A stretch of 64,000 nucleotides of DNA from Mobula birostris (Eukaryota): the NCBI RefSeq assembly GCF_030028105.1, contig NC_092370.1:75442098-75506097 (forward strand), in the 5' to 3' direction. Positions within the stretch are counted from its first letter, which is position 1; every line of letters starts with the position of its first letter. Positions 60,621-64,000 of this stretch are shown piece after piece. The position numbers were made by a program, and so were the translations under genes. The notes beneath the pieces are model-generated. The model had not been told where the DNA came from. It was given only the letters and a program-made list of their open reading frames with translations, and did no database searches.

Positions 60621-61374
60621 GTAAACCGCCATTGAACCCTCCCGGGAAGGGAAGCGACCCGGGTCGCCACGGGCCGCTCTCTCCACGGTGGCCCGGTGCG
60701 GCGGGGTGTAAGTGTCCGGCCTCCCGAAGGGATGATCAGGAGCGGGAGTAGAAGGAACCAGAAGCGACCGTGCCGTGGGATCCGGCCGCCGTCGCCGACC
60801 CCTTGCCCCTTGCGATGAAGGGCTGCCCCACAGTGGGGAGTGTCCGCTCCCCGCGAAGCCGAACCCCACCAGCAATCGCCCTAGACCCTGCCTTTGTACC
60901 TCACCTTGTCCCATCACACGCTGGGGGGGGGGGTGTACCTGTCACCAGCGTTAAGTCCAGACTCCTCTGCAGACGCCGCGCCTCCCAGAAGATCCCTGGA
61001 ACTGGGGAAGGGGGGTGTGGAGGACAACTTCTCTGGAGAGAGATTCTACTCTTCAGATCCCTTCCCACAGACGCTGCTCGACTCGCTGGCTATCTGTGGC
61101 GCCCCTTCCACCTTTGTGTTTTTGGGAGGGTCTGCGGTAGGGGCGGAGAGCCCACTGAAGTTGGAAGCGGGGTAGGCCTCATCCACGGGCGGCCAGCGGG
61201 TCACACGGCCGCGTGGAGGGCTTGGCTGGATATGGAGGCCCCGGGTCCATGGACTTGCAGTCTGGTGTGAGTAGACCTTATGATGCTCCTCATACAGTGG
61301 CCCCATCCACTTCGTCACAGAGTCACACAGCACAGGGTCTGCCCCTTCGGCCCAGGCCGTGACAATCATAGACA

Positions 61375-61905
61375 GCCATCACTATAGTGCAGGAACTAGC
61401 TATTCGGCGCACAACGTCAGTACCAAACATCTTGCCAAATTAAACTAAATCCCTTCCTCCTGCACATGATCCCCCTCCATCCATGCCCTGCGCATTCACG
61501 TGTCTGTCTTCCAGCCTCTTGGTATCTGCTTCCACCACCACCAGCCCTGGCAATCTGGTCCAGGAACACACCGCTCACTGTGTAAAAAGTCTTACACTGC
61601 ACATCCCAGTTTAAACTTTCCTCCTTTCAGCTTAAAGCTATGGTTTCTAGTATCTGGCATTTCTAACCAGGGAAGAAGATCTTGACTGTCTACCCCATCT
61701 GTGCCTCACATAATTGTATAAACTCAGCTCCTGATGCTTCAGAGAAAACAGCCCAAATTAGTCCAACCTCCTTATAACTCATACCCTCCAACCCAGCAGC
61801 ATCCTGGTGAACTACTTCTGCACTGGCACCCTCCCCACGTTCATCATGCAATGGGGCAACCAGAACTGAATGCAATACTCCGAGAGCAGCCTAGCCAGAG
61901 CTTTA
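61375..61905 (-). mobile_element. CR1 3' fragment
   Basis: EYCIQFWLP; aaactttcctcctttcagcttaaagctatg. Confidence 0.8.
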
Positions 61906-61911
61906 CATACA

Positions 61912-62629
61912 TTGAGGCAACACTTCACCTGTGAGTCGACTGGGGTGATATACTGTGTCCGGTGCTCCCGATGTGGCCTTTTATATATTGGCAGACCCGA
62001 CGCAGACTGGGAGACCGCTTTGCTGAACATCTACACTCTGTCCGCCAGAGAAAGCAGGATCTCCCAGTGGCCACACATTTTAATTCCACATCCCATTCCC
62101 ATTCTGACATGTCTATCCACGGCCTCCTCTACTGTAAAGATGAAGCCACACTCAGGTTGGAGGAACAACACCTTATATTCTGTCTGGGTAGCCTCCAACT
62201 TGATGGCATGAACATCGACTTCTCTAACTTCCGCTAGGCCCCACCTCCCCCTCGTACCCCATCTGTTACTTATTTTTATGCACACATTCTTTCTCTCACT
62301 CTCCTTTTTCTCCCTCTGTCCCTCTGAATATACCTCTTGCCCTTCCTCTGGGTCCCCCCTCCCCTTTGTCTTTCTTCCCGGACCTCCTGTCCCATGATCC
62401 TCTTGTATCCCCTTTTGCCAATCTCCTGTCCAGCTCTTGGCTCCATCCCTCCCCCTCCTGTCTTCTCCTATTATTTTGGATCTCCCCCTCCCCCTCAACT
62501 TTCAAATCCCTTACTCACTCTTCCTTCAGTTAGTCCTGACGAAGGGTCTCGGCCTGAAACGTCGACTGCGCCTCTCCCTACAGATGCTGCCTGGCCTGCT
62601 GCGTTCACCAGCAACTTTGATGTGTGTTG
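61912..62629 (+). mobile_element. 5'-truncated Penelope element (GIY-YIG + pLTR) with 10-bp TSD
   Basis: RQHFTCESTGVIYCVRCSRCGLLYIG, frameshift, RRRLGDRFAEHL..LPVATHFN..; TSD tttacataca at 61902-61911 and 62630-62639. Confidence 0.93.
62532..62567 (+). ncRNA. Minimal type I hammerhead ribozyme motif (Penelope pLTR)
   Basis: Identical 36-mer to 44128-44163. Confidence 0.75.
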
Positions 62630-63574
62630 TTTACATACAGTCTGTTGTATTGAAGTATTCTAGCTGAGGCAGTCCTATTTATCTGCATTTGGTCCTTGTC
62701 CCTCTAAACCTACCCTATCCACGTACTTGTCCAAATGTCTTTTAAACCTCATGATTTTACCTGCCTGGCATATTCTCACCACCCTCTGTGTGAAGAGGAA
62801 CCCTTGTTCCTTTTAAATCTTTCCCCTCTTGCCCTCTATCTATGCCCTTGGTTCTGGACTCACCTGCTCTGGGGGAAAAGACTGTCATCACTCAGCTTCT
62901 CCATGCCCTTCATCATTTTATAAATCTCATCCTCCTGTACTCCAGGGAAATCTGTCACAGCCTATCCATCCTCTCCGTGTTTCTGATCTCTCCAGTTCCA
63001 GTAACGTTCTTGTGAATTTTTTCACACCCTGTGCAGCATTAATGCTATAGCTGAGCAGCTAAACTGCACAGAGTATGGTCTGTCCAATGACTTGTGCTGT
63101 GATACAGAGGGTACTCCAGTCCTGAGGCAGGGTCTTGACCTAAAATGTTGACCATCCCTATTCCTCCACAGTTACTGCCCAATCTAACAGCAGATTTTTT
63201 TATTTTGCCCTAGATTCCAGCCTCCACAGCCTCTTCTGTCACTATGGCCACCTCCTGCCCCATCTGCAGGAGGGACTATGGCTCAAGGAAGTTACGTGCA
63301 AGTCCCATAGATTGCCTGAGAGAAAGTCACAGGTCAGGCGAGACAATGTGTCATGCCAGTAGGTCGGTGCTAGGTCACATGATAGGTTATACAACCAGTC
63401 ACCTGATCTTCACTGACAGACTGCACTGTACTCCTGGAGAGCAGGAGACTGATGGGTAACCTCACAGAGCTATATTAAATCATTGAAAGGATGAATAGTC
63501 TTTTTTCCTGGATTGGGAAATTGACAACTGGAGGCCATAGTTTTAAGGTTCGAGATGAAAAAATTAATGAAAGA

Positions 63575-63890
63575 ATCAGCTTTATTATCACTGATACATG
63601 TCATGAAATTTGTTGCTTTGTGGCAGCAGTACAGTGCAAAGTCATAAAATTACAATAAATTTCAAAATAAATATATAGAGCAATAAAAAAGTACTAATAA
63701 GGTAATGTTCACGGATCCATAGACCTTTGGAAACTTGATGGTGGAGGGGAGAAAACTGTTCCCAAAATGATGAGTGTACACCTTTAGGTTCCTGTACCTC
63801 CTCCCTGATTGTAGTAGTGAGAAGAGGGTATATCCAGGATGGTGAGGGCCCTTAACCATGGATTCCACCTTGTTGTGACAGCACCTTGTG
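63575..63890 (-). mobile_element. Rex1/Babar 3' fragment
   Basis: HHPGYTLFSLLQSGRRYRNLK.YT.HFGNSFLPSTI. Confidence 0.8.
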
Positions 63891-64000
63891 AAAATATAGG
63901 ACCATAAGATATAGGAGTAGAATTAAATCATTTGGCCCGTCGAGTCTGCTCCGCCATTTCATCATGGCTGATCCATTTTCCCTCTCAGCCTGAAATCTCC

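Larger units (their letters stand above)
59860..61220 (+). promoter_or_regulatory. CpG island over LAMA3 exon 1 / intron 1 (weaker CpG enrichment upstream to ~59050)
   Basis: High CpG and GC density around the start codon. Confidence 0.7.

Overview
Eukaryotic, repeat-rich vertebrate DNA. The repeat repertoire (CR1, Rex1/Babar, Penelope, HE1-type V-SINEs, Tx1) suggests a cartilaginous fish, probably a ray; this is an inference. Two host genes diverge head-to-head about 40 kb apart. ANKRD29 lies on the minus strand with coding exons 1-5 (20056-20067, 17679-17789, 17416-17514, 15129-15227, 10833-10931; all GT-AG, phase 0); I could not find later exons in the window. LAMA3 (long alpha3B form) exon 1 lies on the plus strand at 59962-60216. 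Most of the rest is decayed, nested transposable elements, several with readable target-site duplications (TSDs), and nearly all short ORFs in the track are TE remnants or noise. The most unusual observations are: a synonymously varied 37-nt copy of the LAMA3 start inside a retro-element 1 kb upstream of the real start; minimal hammerhead ribozymes in Penelope 3' ends, including a 1.1-kb inverted Penelope dimer with one TSD and non-identical arms; an 11-bp-period array of four NF-kB-like sites in an ANKRD29 intron; and an intact 109-aa ORF just upstream of the decayed ORF1 of a Tx1 LINE. All identifications come from reading the sequence and recalled family knowledge; no searches were run, and TE boundaries without a TSD are approximate.
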